NCBI GenBank assembly: GCA_964106915.2 | Contig: OZ066914.1 | Source of the DNA: Podarcis gaigeae | Lineage: Eukaryota | Length of the DNA stretch: 64,000 nt | Strand: one strand, 5' to 3' | Part shown: piece after piece, positions 13,961-25,530 of the stretch | Layout: every line of letters starts with the position of its first letter | How positions within the stretch are numbered: the stretch's first letter is position 1 | Notes under the pieces: model-generated | What the model was told of the DNA's origin: nothing | The model's database searches: none | Seen by the model: only the letters and a program-made list of their open reading frames with translations | Translations under genes and position numbers: made by a program

Positions 13961-14329
13961 TAAAATAAAACATTAAAAATAGTTCAAAACAAATCACAAC
14001 CACAACATAGCATGGTTGTAAATATATACATCTTGGGTGTTGAAGAACAGGACAAAAATGTATGTCTTCTGCATTTGTCAAAACCCGTATAGTGTAGGTA
14101 CCAGATGTGCCTCCTGAGGCCAGTGGAAATATTATTTTTCCAATTCTATCATGTGGGTGCAAATGTGTGCAAACCACTGGAAAGATCTGTTACCCTGAAA
14201 ATGACAGTTCAAAGAATAAGGTCAAAGGTCTCAGGGTGTGTGTCGAAATGCTGAGATTTCAGGCACACCTACTATCTCAGCACCTGGAAGGGAATTAGCC
14301 TGCACCCTCCAGCTCAATCTGTAAGCAGC

Positions 14330-14512
14330 CCTCATGGCTATAACATCCAGTCTGATTGCCGCCCCCCCCCAATTGTTTCTTATTTTTCCTACTCCTATCA
14401 TCTGCTACCTTATGTAACAGCTTGCCCAATGAAGAGTTCTGAAGAACGTGATAGCTTGCCACTGTCTTGTGACATTTAGATTGACCCTAATAAAGGTATT
14501 ACTCAACCGTGG
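14330..14512 (+). mobile_element. Degenerate Penelope-like element 3' remnant
   Basis: Decayed hammerhead-like core at 14422-14460 followed by CCTAATAAAGGTATTAC, an arrangement typical of PLE terminal repeats. Confidence 0.55.
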
Positions 14513-14736
14513 ACTTAAGGTTTGTGTGTGCAACAGGTCTGCTTGTAATGAAGACTCATTATATATTTGCATAAATCATTATATATGCTTATCATTATGA
14601 AAAAAACACAATGAAATTATTATGGGTTTTGTTTTTATTTTTTAATACACTAGAGCCATATTAGTCTGTGACAATTTCTAGTAAAATTCCATCAGAGTCG
14701 ATGGTTCCAACATCTGATCTGTCACAAGGGACACAA

Positions 14737-14756
14737 CAGTGCTGCCACCTTCTGGA
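14737..14756 (-). promoter_or_regulatory. Candidate CTCF site
   Basis: Minus strand TCCAGAAGGTGGCAGCACTG, one mismatch to CCASYAGRKGGCRS. Confidence 0.45.
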
Positions 14757-15281
14757 TTTTGTACAGCCTCCTGGACAAGTTTCAAATGTCACAAGACATG
14801 ACAAGATAGATTTCCTCGAATTGCAGAATCTTGTGCTTTGAAACAGCCCTGGATGAAAACATTTAAGTTCTTAACATTGGGCTTTCAATATATTCCTCAT
14901 AGGAGAAACATTCTCTGACAAAGTGAATGGATAGAAACCATGGGGTGAAGAGTGCACCAAAATATTGCCTGCACTTCAGGTAGTCCAGAAGATAAAGTGC
15001 AGAAAATGATCCAAGTAAACATTGATTAGGGTTGTGTCCCATGCTAGCCCTATTTAGAGGAGACCCCTTGAAATGAATGAACTTGTCTTATTTGGTGGAT
15101 CTATGCTCAGTTGTTGGAGAAAACCCTCAGAAATCAGTAGAAAGGCAAACTTAAGACCCTTAAAGCAGACTTCACCAACCCATGCTGTCTGGAATTAATA
15201 AAGGTTGCCATCCAACTAGATTGGCATTGGCAAAGGCACTAGCAGTTGGAGTCTTGGTTGAGTTCATTGATACAGTTGGTT

Positions 15282-15606
15282 CAGTGGCAGAGGAAGAGGT
15301 GTGCGTGTGGGTACAGCTCACCCTGGATGTCATCACGGATGGGGAGGGGTAACAAAATGATTTTTAAAAAAATAATGTGCTCGGGCAACTTTTTAGAAGT
15401 GACATGGTGCTTTAGGCACCTGCAGGTTCTGTGCTGTTTGAAACGGCAGTGTGGGACCTGCGCCTGCCTACTGCCTGTCCCTCAGCTGTCCTGAGGGGGA
15501 GGCAGTGGAGTAGCTCCAAGCATCAGAGGGGCTCGCCCTGCCCCCACAGGTGGATTGCCCCGCCCCCAACTGCAGGACACACCCACACACCCGAGCTACA
15601 CCGCTG
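15282..15606. mobile_element. hAT-type non-autonomous DNA element
   Basis: CAGTGGCAGAG...CTACACCGCTG termini. Imperfect 8-bp TSD AGTTGGTT/AGTGGGTC. Confidence 0.65.
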
Positions 15607-15871
15607 AGTGGGTCTTATTGAAATAATGTATTTGAAATAATAAATAAGTGCTTAAGTTAATTGTCATTATTATTTTTAACAAAAACACCTCTGTTGCAGT
15701 TCTTATTTGAAAGTTGCTTTCCCACTACCTTGCCTATTGCTGTATCCACAATGTGGGGCCACAGCTCAGTGCTAGAACATGTTTTTTGGGTGCATAATGT
15801 TCTCTCAGCTTGAATCACCAGCATCTCCACTTAAAAGGAGATATCAGACAGCAGGACTGGAAAAGATTTTG

Positions 15872-16981
15872 TGGGGGCCACTAGGGGGCGCATTGGAAGA
15901 TGGCTGACAATAACATCTCTCCGACCCACACCAGGTAATTTGGAGGCTAAGATGGGGGTAATTAGCCTCCTTAACCCCCCCAGGATGGTGGGGAGGGGGA
16001 CGGCCCTTGCCTGCTGTGCCCTATACCACTCCTGAATTTGTGGGGATGCCCACAAAGCCCTCCTGTGGGATTTCGGCACTCCTGGATGCCGTCCCTAATT
16101 CACGCCACTAGCTGCAAGAACTTCAAAGGAAACAATTTGGACGAGGCGAATTGCACATACTTCAAGGAAGAAGGGGGAGTAAAGACTGCTGACAGAATAG
16201 ATCTCTGATAAAACAAGACAATAATAAAACATGAGAAGATACGTCAAGATACGGTACGGCAAATGACTGATGGGGGAGGGGGAAAAAACTTTCCTTTCTT
16301 TTTCTATGTGATTAAACAAGAATCCCCTCCCCTTATGAGTCAGAAATGTCGTTTTAAGGACTTAAGCTGTGGATTTAAGGCTGTGTGGAGATAAACTTTC
16401 GAACCAAAGCATGTTTCAAGAAGAGCCTGGAAGGTATAAGAGCTTTGGAATGACGCAGTTAAAAATGCCGTTGCCATTTTGGGAAGCTCTGTCGGAGGAG
16501 AAAGAGAAACAAAGCTGTTTATATATTGTGGATTAAACTCCTCAGTGGGACTTAAGAGCGACACTTTCGTAAGATTATGGTGGAAAGAGCGATGTTATCT
16601 ATGAAAGAGATGATATATGGAAACCATCTGGATTTGAGGATTGGAAGAACGGAAAATTCACACAGGATTATTATTACTATTGGTGTTTATCGGTTTAAGG
16701 AGACTATCAGAAGAAATCATAAAGAAAAAAGAGAAAATATATGAACAAGATGTGATGTGGAAACAGCAAGATAAGACTGGATAGAATTACGAACTCTGTC
16801 TGGACTGATTTGGACTGATTTGGACATTAACGCAGCAGCAAGAAGATGATCAGAATTCCCCTTTGGATCTTGAAGTATGGGTCCCCCCAACAAAATTCAA
16901 AATTTGGCTTTGTAATTCGGAATTTATGTGATTTAATTTGATGTGATTGGCCAGTTAATAAAATTTATTTTTTTAAAAAAA
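15872..16981 (+). mobile_element. Non-autonomous L1-type retroposon, about 1.1 kb, no intact ORF
   Basis: Exact 13-bp TSD GGAAAAGATTTTG (15859-15871 and 16982-16994). G-rich 5' end with AAGATGGC, AATAAA at 16957 and an A-tail. Confidence 0.85.
15878..15891 (+). promoter_or_regulatory. Consensus CTCF motif at the 5' end of the retroposon
   Basis: CCACTAGGGGGCGC matches CCASYAGRKGGCRS exactly. Binding is not shown. Confidence 0.6.
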
Positions 16982-19521
16982 GGAAAAGATTTTGCAGAGC
17001 CACTTTCAATCCCAGTGGGTGGCACTGGGATAGATAGATTTCTTGATCTGATCTTCAGTGTAAGGCAGCCACCTATGCAGATTCTGCTCCTATGATGTTC
17101 TTCACATGCTCTTTGTTTAGATACACCTCCTGTTCTCAGGATTAGCGAGTTCTTGGAGCACATTTGTTGTTGTTTTCAAAGCAGAAAACATGCTTTTAAT
17201 CCAGCAGATACCAATTATTTTTGCAGAGTTGTCAACTGTAAAAGCATATCTGAAACACTTAGACGAACACACGCAGGAAAAAATGTTCAGATAATGGGTG
17301 ATCATCCATTGCCAAAATCCATAGTTTCTGGCATGTTGTGGGATCTGTAAACTCAGCCTCCAAACACAGAAGATCTTAAGAAGAGCACAACTGGAACAGG
17401 CCAAAAGCACATTTACTCCAGCATCCTGTTCCCATGATGGCGGCACAAACTCTGTAAGTAATCTCCCCAAACAGGTGTAGAGGAATCCTTCCCTTACCCT
17501 TCCCCTCTCACCAGGCAGCAGGGTTTTGCATTAGCTACTTCCTTCAGGAGATGCCAGTGCACAGCACAGCCATACTGCGGCAAACCTGGGTGATGGAACC
17601 TCCCCTCTCGCCAACTCGGAAGGAGAGAAGGTCTAGATGTTCCATGATGCTTTACTGCCAATCCCTCTCTGCCACTAGAGGCCAGGGAGACCAGAACAAA
17701 GGTGATGCCCTGTGGTAGGTGATGACTGAGATGGCCACCTCATTCAGCCTCATGGGTGGACCAGCTCTGCTCTCAACATGGGCATAGCCAGGATTTTTGT
17801 TAGAAGCTGGGTGCTCCACCATTCCCTTAAATTACTGCTGCCCCACTCTCTTCTCACAAGCTCAATAAATTGGCAAAAATGTTCTGATCTCTCCTCTCAC
17901 AAAAGGGTTTGACTCGCATTCTGGCTATGTAAGACAACAGCTGCCCATTGTCTCCCATTAATGACCAGACCATTTTGAATAATAAAACCAGCTGGGCCAC
18001 CACAAATTAATGTGTGTGGCAAGGTTTTGTGCAACAATGCTTGCTCTCTATCTCTCTCTCTCACACACACAAACACACTTTCCAAGAAATCTTTACATTT
18101 TGGCATTTCTCCTGGAGAATCGTGACCCTCAAAAGCATCCAGGAAATAGCAAGCACTTGGCACCATTTGAATTGAAAGTTCCTTTTCCTGATCCATCTGC
18201 CAATATCGTTATTGGCAGTTTAACAAATATCTGAAGGTGAACGCCGTTAGAGGAGAACAAATGCAAGATGCATCTGAAATCTATTATAGGACACATCGGG
18301 TGGAGGGGTTGAGGCAGGGAGTGAGGATGTTAAACACATACAGGCACATAATTCCAGGAATATTTGGCAATATCCATTTCTAAGTGGAATAAACATTGGG
18401 TAAGATACCTCTGCAGTAAGGCAAGAAGAACCATTATCAAACAGTGTCTGTAGCTCATAATACATCACTGAGTTAGCGGCTCAGGTGCTGACAGGCGGAG
18501 GCTTCCAGCACAGTCCTAACAATGTCTATTGAGTAAGCCCTCTCTGTAGCCACTGGGTTCTCCCCCAAAGGGAGGAGGAACTGCAGAACTAGCCACATCT
18601 TCTCAGGAAGTAATCTGTTAGTTGCTTCAAGCGGATGTTGGACATCAGTGCTCCCATGGTATGGGACACTCTTCGAGAAAAGATTTGGTAGGCACCCTCA
18701 CTTTTGACTTCCAGGTATCTCTTGAAGACCTGTAGCTGTTTAAGTAGCCAGCCATTTAAATGATTGTGTGTGTTGTTTTTAATAGTGCTTCATGTTTTAC
18801 ATTCTTTTACAATGGCCTGATATTTTATGATATGGTGGTATGTAAACCCATTTATAAATATTAAATAAAATAAATTTCTTTCCTCATTAATTTACGGTGT
18901 GGTCTTAAAAATGCAGAAGGAATGTTCAGCAGAGCACTAATTTAGCAGAGGAAAAAGTGTTGTAGATAAGCAGGCAATCAGTGTACAGTATTATTATTTT
19001 TAAAGTCTAAATAATTGTGCTTGGGAGGAATATCTATAGAAGGAATTACAACAAAAGGCACAAATGGGACATTTCCACTCACACAGAGCTATTTATCTCA
19101 GGATGGTATAAATGAGGGTGAGGAAGAGAAAAGCCCATGGCTGTAGCCCATGGATGCCACTTAGACAATCAAATAAAAGCAATTAACTTGCATTACCTAC
19201 ATGTGCCATTTCTGTAAGCACAGTAGAAACCTTCATGCACTATGCAAATCCATCTGACTGTGACTAGCTTAGAAACCACTGAGAGAAAGAATGAAAAAGG
19301 ATAAACCAGGGAACTTATGCATCTTGCGTAGGTCCAAACTAGCAGTGATGGCAATTGTTTTTTCCAATAATGTAGAAAGGAAGCCTTTGTGTGCCTTCAG
19401 ACCCGGGGAATACTGTGCTAGTTTTCCTGATTAAAATGCTAGTACTTCTGTCATCTCTTCCAATGTTGTAAGTCGCTTTGGGTTGCCTTGGGCAAGATAA
19501 AGCAGCTAACAAATTTAATAA

Positions 19522-19563
19522 ATGATGATGATGATGATGATGACGACGACGACAATGATGACA
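19522..19563. repeat. Compound (GAT)n(GAC)n microsatellite, probably a LINE/SINE tail
   Basis: Seen directly. Preceded by GTAAGTCGCTTTGGG...AATAAA. Confidence 0.85.
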
Positions 19564-21799
19564 ACGTTCTTTTCACCTGATTTCCCCCATGAAAATGGCA
19601 GGAAAGAACTGCATGCAAGGAAACTGCCCCAAATTTCATCACTTCCTTCCTGCAATTTTCTGGGTTAATGGGGTTGCCGACAGATTTTCTCTGGAAACAA
19701 TTAACATGGAAATTAGTGCTAATCTTCCACAAGGTTCTGCTGATCTCTGGGGGTATCTTTTAAGCAGTGTGAAAGCTCAAATATAATGTGGGAATTAGCT
19801 GTTAGGGAAACGTTAGGGAAACGGTATGAACTGCTGTATGAATGCAGCCTTTAACAGCAGAAAATTATATGGTTGAGAGGTCCTGAATTATCCTCACAGC
19901 CACTACTTGCTTTCCTTACACCCCCTTGCCCAAAGAGCCATCCAAGTTTTGCTGATGAGAACAGCACTAAAAGAGAAACATTGCAGGGAAACAAGTAATA
20001 GATGAGGCAATGGGTCTGCCTTCTATATCTCAGTTCTGTTCAAAATCAGACCCTCCCCAACTCTTCTTTCTCTCTGGTTGGGTCAGTCCTGGAGTGACTG
20101 AATCTTTCCATTTCAGATTCTCTTCATCTCTCAGTTTTCTCCTCTTCAGTTTGTCCCATTTCCAAATCAGTCTGTAATTAAAAGAAAAGTCATCACAGAA
20201 ATGTCCCAGCATTTTAAGATGTGTTTCTTCTAATATACACCTTTTATGCAATTTTGCCTAACAAGCACATTTCTGCAAGTATTTCCCCCCCCCCAATATG
20301 ATGCATTTTTCTATGTTATTTCCACTAATATGAAATATAAATTTCTCAACTTCCCCCCAACGTGCACATTTTTGCACTTGTTTTTTTTTTGGGGGGGGTT
20401 TGACGAAATTGGCAAAATTTGGAGACATGTGAATTTCCAAGGCTAGCTGTGTTTGGTTTGCTTATCGTTTAGCTAGGTTCTACATGAAATGCTCTCCCCC
20501 CCATCTCTAGTCAGTTTCTCAATGAAATACAGACAGCTACTACTACCATGTTGAATTTAGCTCTTAGTTTGTTTTGGCTCTGCTGTGCTATATCAGAAAT
20601 ATGGGGATTAGTTGGGCTCCAAAAGAGCTGTTCTTAGGTTTAAGACCTGACCAAAACCCAGGGTATCAAGGTTAACTGAGAGTTGGCTCAGATCCATTTT
20701 CTTTCCTGATACATAATCAGTATGAAAGATTAACTATAGCATGAAGTAATATAAGTATGGTCATTAGATACCTCTTCTGCGATGTTGAGCGGAAGCTAAT
20801 GTAAGCATAGAGATGGAAATCAAGATGGGCATCTCTAAGGAGGGATAATAGGTTGCTGTCCTTTCTACCTCTAGGTCACTGCTTCCCATTCAAGCTGCTA
20901 GGATAAACCAATAAAAGGGCCCAGGGGACAGAAAGGAAGTTTTGTCAGACCACCATTTCCCTAACGCACAATGTTCAACTGGACCAGATCCAGGTCTGAA
21001 GCCCTTTGAAGAAGCTATCCAAGTGTTTAAAAGTGACCATGAAGACTAGCAGCACTTTTAGAAGAAAGGGGTATCAGGATCAAACAACATGTGGTGTTAA
21101 TAATGTTCTTTGACCTTTGCAGGCCAGAGTTTTCTTGCAGAGAGAGCCACTGTGGGGCAAGGAGTGGCCTGGACTGGGAGGGCTTTAGCCCTCTGCTCAC
21201 TGCTGGAGTCCTTCTAGATTTGGTGGGGAGGACATGCCTCAAATTGACATTGGGGGGGGGGAAGCTCCCATTTGCTGCAATGGGAACAGGCAATGCGTGG
21301 CGCTTCTAGAAATGCCAGATCAAAGTTGGCACTGTTGGAGAAAAGCGAGCCGTTAAGTAAAGGGATCCCTATCCAGTTACGGAAATTATTATTTATTTTC
21401 ACAAAATTTATATGCTGTTACTTGTAAAGACAACCCCTATGTGGTTTGCAAGGAATATAAAATATACATTAAAGCTGTCAATAAAAACCAAATTTAAAAA
21501 TAAACATAAACAATTAAAACATGAATAAATCAAACTATTAAAAATATACATTATGAACGAGAATTGCAGATTGAAATACACCTCTCCTTTACCTGTTCAA
21601 AGATTACAGGCTCTCCTTGTTTGAATCTGAGCCATAATTGTTGGGAGTACAGGTGAAAACTTAAAAAATCTTAAGAAGCACCTGCTAGATGAGACCAGTG
21701 GCCCATCTAGTCCAGCCGCATGTTATCCCTGTGGGCAACCAGCAACCAACCAGAAGGTCCCGAGTGCCGCAGCTTTTCGGTTGCTGCACCCAAGCTGTG

Positions 21800-22075
21800 G
21801 AACAATCTGCCCCAGGAAATCCATCTGGCACCCTCTTCAACAATCTTTCACCACCTTTTGAAGATGTAGCTGTTTTGGCAAGCTTTATTTTCAAGTGTCT
21901 GGTTAATTTTATATATGACATTTTATCTGCAATTCTGTATGCCATTGGCGTGTTGTGTTGATGCCGTGCTGTTTTTAATTTCCCTTTTTGCCTTTTCTAG
22001 AAGCTGGTATTCTCCCTGGATGTCCTCCATGGATGTCCTCAGATGGGAAAGTGGAATAATATTAAATAAATAAAC
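21800..22075 (+). mobile_element. Old L2-type LINE 3' fragment
   Basis: CTGTGGAACAATCTGCCC... motif, T-rich 3' UTR and (AAAT)n tail. Boundaries are approximate. Confidence 0.55.
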
Positions 22076-22293
22076 AATATGGGTCAAAGGACATATATGC
22101 ATTTTAAGCTCAACAATTTATTTATCTGTTTAGCTATGGAAAATGTATGGACATTAGAAAAAAGCACAGTCATGTACAACTATATATTTTAAGTAAGATA
22201 AAATCAGCTTTTCCCCAAAAGAAAGTTGATATTGCACATAGCCTCGGGAAAATTCTGCAAAAATAAGAGAGTGTTTAGCATTTGACGAAATGT

Positions 22294-22527
22294 ATTCTTA
22301 AGGAAATCAGCCCTGAGTGCTCACTGGAAGGACAGATCGTGAAGCTGAGGCTCCAATACTTTGGCCACCTCATGAGAAGAGAAGACTCCCTGGAAAAGAC
22401 CCTGATGTTGGGAAAAATTGAGGGCACAAGGAGAAGGGGACGACAGAGGACGAGATGGTTGGACAGTGTTCTCGAAGCTACCAACATGAGTTTGACCAAA
22501 CTGCGGGAGGCAGTGGAAGCCAGGAGT
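22294..22527 (+). mobile_element. Bov-B (RTE) LINE fragment
   Basis: Translates ILKEISPECSLEGQIVKLRLQYFGHLMRREDSLEKTLMLGKIEGTRRRGRQRTRWLD, the Bov-B ORF C-terminus. Confidence 0.95.
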
Positions 22528-22559
22528 TTCTTCCTTTGGTCCTGAGTTTGAGAGTTTTC

Positions 22560-22765
22560 AAAGTCCATCTTTGAAGCTATCAGCCAATCACCCATTCCCA
22601 CACCCTTCTGAGTAATACCCCTCCCCATCCTCTCACTACATATAAGGGTCCGGTGACTTCTGTTTCAGTGTATCTGATGAAGTGTGCATGCACACGAAAG
22701 CTCATACCAATAACAAACTTAGTTGGTCTCTAAGGTGCTACTGGAAGGAATTTTTTAATTTTGTT
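22560..22765 (+). mobile_element. Penelope-like element terminal (pLTR/3') fragment
   Basis: TATATAAG-like motif, hammerhead core and AGTTGGTCTCTAAGGTGCTAC end, typical of reptile PLEs. Confidence 0.8.
22670..22707 (+). ncRNA. Minimal type I hammerhead ribozyme motif
   Basis: GTAT-CTGATGA-A-GTGTG(CATG)CACAC-GAAA-GC-TC-ATAC. Both catalytic boxes are present, with stem I GTAT/ATAC, a 5-bp stem II and a palindromic AGCT in place of stem III. Confidence 0.8.
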
Positions 22766-22845
22766 TCAAAGTCCATGACACCTTTGGTAACGGCTGTTCT
22801 CCAATTGGGAAAACTCTCAGGACAGTGTTTCCCAATTGTCGGTGT

Positions 22846-22938
22846 TTATACTACATTTTTAAAAATTTGCCTTGAGAGAGTCTTTAAACCTCTTTTGCTG
22901 ACCACCAGCATTATACTTTCCATTTTTAAGTTTGGAGG
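22846..22938 (-). mobile_element. RTE-clade LINE fragment
   Basis: Encodes SKLKNGKYNAGGQQKRFKDSLKANF. Homologous to 40925-41005. Confidence 0.85.
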
Positions 22939-23074
22939 GCAGAGATGACTGCATTGAATAGGCAAGTATATAGGGGGTAAGGTCATATATATTCTGGTCC
23001 CAAAATGTCCACTGACGATAAAACTTTTGTGGTAAAACCGTGCAGCACATTGTAGCATATTGGCAGAGCATCCG

Positions 23075-23250
23075 GAGTTCCTCAAGAAGAGAATTATTAA
23101 ACTACTCTAAGAATTGTAGCTCTGTGAATGGGAAAGTGGTCTCCTAGCAACTCTCAGTAACCTTAATAAACTACAATCCCCAGCATTCTTTGGGGAAGAT
23201 GCAACTGTTTAAAGTGGTATGATACTGCTTTAGATGTATAGTGCAGGTGA
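23075..23250. repeat. Squamate interspersed repeat (probable MITE)
   Basis: GAATTGTAGCTCTGTGA...AAACTACAATCCCCAGCATTCTTTGGGG...TTTAAAGTGG. Related to 44040-44250 and 57160-57345. Confidence 0.65.
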
Positions 23251-24513
23251 GATCCTAATCCTTGCTGATCTATTGTAAATTTCTCAGCAAGTAGACCTCA
23301 GTCTACCAGCTGTTTTGGGGAGGGTGGCTGGAAAAGAAAGAGTTAAACCCCCCCTCTCCACCTTGTGTAGTCCTGAGGTTCCTCAGGTTTTCCCCAAGCT
23401 GCTATTTACAGTACATAACAGAAACACGTTAGCTACATTGGCACAAAAATTGCCACATCTAATTTGGCCCTCAGGATTTGCAAGCTGTTGCACAGGACTA
23501 TATCTGCATTCAAGGCCTTTCCCTCTCTGGAAGTGCTTTATTTAAAAGATCTCTGTTGCTGCCTTTAAGAGCACATCTCTCCTTCCTTGAATTCCTGCTG
23601 TTGTTTTGAAACTACATGCTGTTGTTCGATGCCACTAGAGCTTCCAATTGCAATGAAGAGGAAGGATGTGATATAGACTGGAACTTGTAAGTAGTTGCTT
23701 CTCTCTTCTCCCCCTGCCTCCCACCCCCATCTGCTCCAGTCAGGCGATGGTGGTGACATTTATGGTTTATGATAGGCAGGAAATTCTTTGGGCGGCAAAT
23801 CAAAGGGACTGGGAGAGTGAAAGCGATGCCAGCAGGAGGTCCAAAATCGCAGCAGGAGGCTTCCCCAAGTTTTCATACTGACAACTGGCCATTTAATGAG
23901 CCTGTGAAGGATCTTGATAGTAAGTTTGCACAGGGGTGCAGCACTGAGCAACTTAGCAATGGGCTGATGCTGCTTTTAAATATGAAGACGGATGCACTTT
24001 GGGTGAGCTTAGAGTGGCTGGGAGGGAACAGAAGCAGGGAAGAATAAGAAAATGGAACTCTCTTTTGATAAACAGATTCTGACTTGTCGTTCCTACTTGT
24101 GAGCTGAACACCTAACACTGGCATCTTCCTCTTTGAGGTAGCCAGCATAGGTGTGTGTGTGTGTATGTGCATCAGGAAAAGATTAGCTTTCAGAGCATAA
24201 TAGGTAAGGCACACTGTGTCCTTTAGTCCATTGATGACATTTTGCAGCATTTGCTACAGGCAAGGAAAATTGATCTGGCCACAGTACGATGAAATCTGAT
24301 AATGTGGCTCCTTCCTTCCCATATCATATTTGGTTGGATGTGATAGTTAATAAATGAGGGAAACAGTGCAACATAGTGGTTAAAACAGTTTGCAGTTTGA
24401 ATCAGGATGTTCCAGTTCAACCTGAACTCAGCCATGAATCCCTTTTAAACAACAACAAAAACAACTTGCATTATATCTGATATTCCTTCCTTCATAAAAC
24501 TCAAGGTAGTATA

Positions 24514-24879
24514 AAGGTAAAGGTAAAGGTACCCCTGCCCGTACGGGCCAGTCTTGACAGACTCTGGGCTTGTGCGCCCATCTCACTTAAGAGGCCAGGG
24601 GCCAGCGCTGTCCGGAGACACTTCCGGGTCACGTGGCCAGCGTGACAAAGCTGCATCTGGCGAGCCAGAGCCGCACACGGAAACGCCGTTTACCTTCCCG
24701 CTGGTAAGCGGTCCCTATTTATCTACTTGCACCCGGAGGTGCTTTCGAACTGCTAGGTTGGCAGGCGCTGGGACCGAGCAGCGGGAGCGCACCCCGCCGC
24801 AGGGATTTGAACCGCCCACCTTTCAATCGGCAAGTCCTAGGCGCTGAGGCTTTAACCCACAGCGCCACCTGCATCCCAC
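24514..24879 (-). mobile_element. Sauria (Squam1) SINE, full length
   Basis: (AAAGGT)n tail on the plus strand and tRNA-like head. 12-bp TSD CAAGGTAGTATA at 24502-24513 and 24880-24891. Confidence 0.95.
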
Positions 24880-25228
24880 CAAGGTAGTATAGTGGTCTCT
24901 AAAAGGTCTCCCTTCCAGGTACTGACCGTATCCACATTTGCTTATCATTAACAACCTGGAAGACTCATCTGCCTTCAGACGATACTCTAGGGTCCAACTT
25001 AATATTCCTCAAACTCTTGACCTATCTTGCGAGGTTGTTACAAGGATTGCTAGGATGACATTTATGAAACACTTTCTTTAGGTACTAGAGAAAGAACTTA
25101 GTAAGTTATTACTGTGCTGTAGTTGTTGTCAAACTGCTTAGAGGACAAAAAAAAATATCACTTCATAAAAACTAAGGAAAAATCTGAATGGTTAAGGATT
25201 TTATAATAGGTAATGCTTACTGGATACT

Positions 25229-25530
25229 CCATTCTTAAGGAAATCAGCCCTGAGTGTTCACTGGAAGGACAGATCCTGAAGCTGAGACTCCAATATTTTG
25301 ACCACCTCATGAGAAGAGAAGACTCCTTGGAAAAGACCCTGATGTTGGGAAAGATGAAGGGCACAAGGAGAAGGGGACGACAGAGGACAAGATGGTTAGA
25401 TAGTGTTCTCAAAGCCACCAACATGAGTTTGACTAAACTGCGGGAGGCAGTGGAAGACAGAAGTGACTGGCGTGCTCTGGTCCATGGGGTCATGAAGAGT
25501 CGGACACGACTAAACGACTAAACAACAACA
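25229..25530 (+). mobile_element. 5'-truncated Bov-B LINE
   Basis: Bov-B C-terminus to ...ALVHGVMKSRTRLND*, with (CAA)n tail. TSD ACTGGATACT at 25219-25228 and 25531-25540. Confidence 0.96.

Larger units (their letters stand above)
15755..17080 (+). mobile_element. Old Squam3-like tRNA SINE split by the 15872-16981 insertion
   Basis: GGGGCCACAGCTCAGTGCTAGA head. The body resumes after 16994 and ends TAAGGCAGCCACCTATG. Confidence 0.7.

Noticed and set aside
18158-18180. GCACCATTTGAA similarity to miR-29b
   Set aside because: The seed and 3' half mismatch, and no precursor hairpin is evident.
19950-19985. CTGATGA...GAAA hammerhead-like spacing (also CTGATGA near 1786, 2549 and 4362)
   Set aside because: No stem II or stem I pairing.
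25158-25493. Recurrent LVKLMLVA.RTLSNHLVLC ORFs (22275, 25158, 35006)
   Set aside because: Antisense frame of Bov-B, not a gene family.
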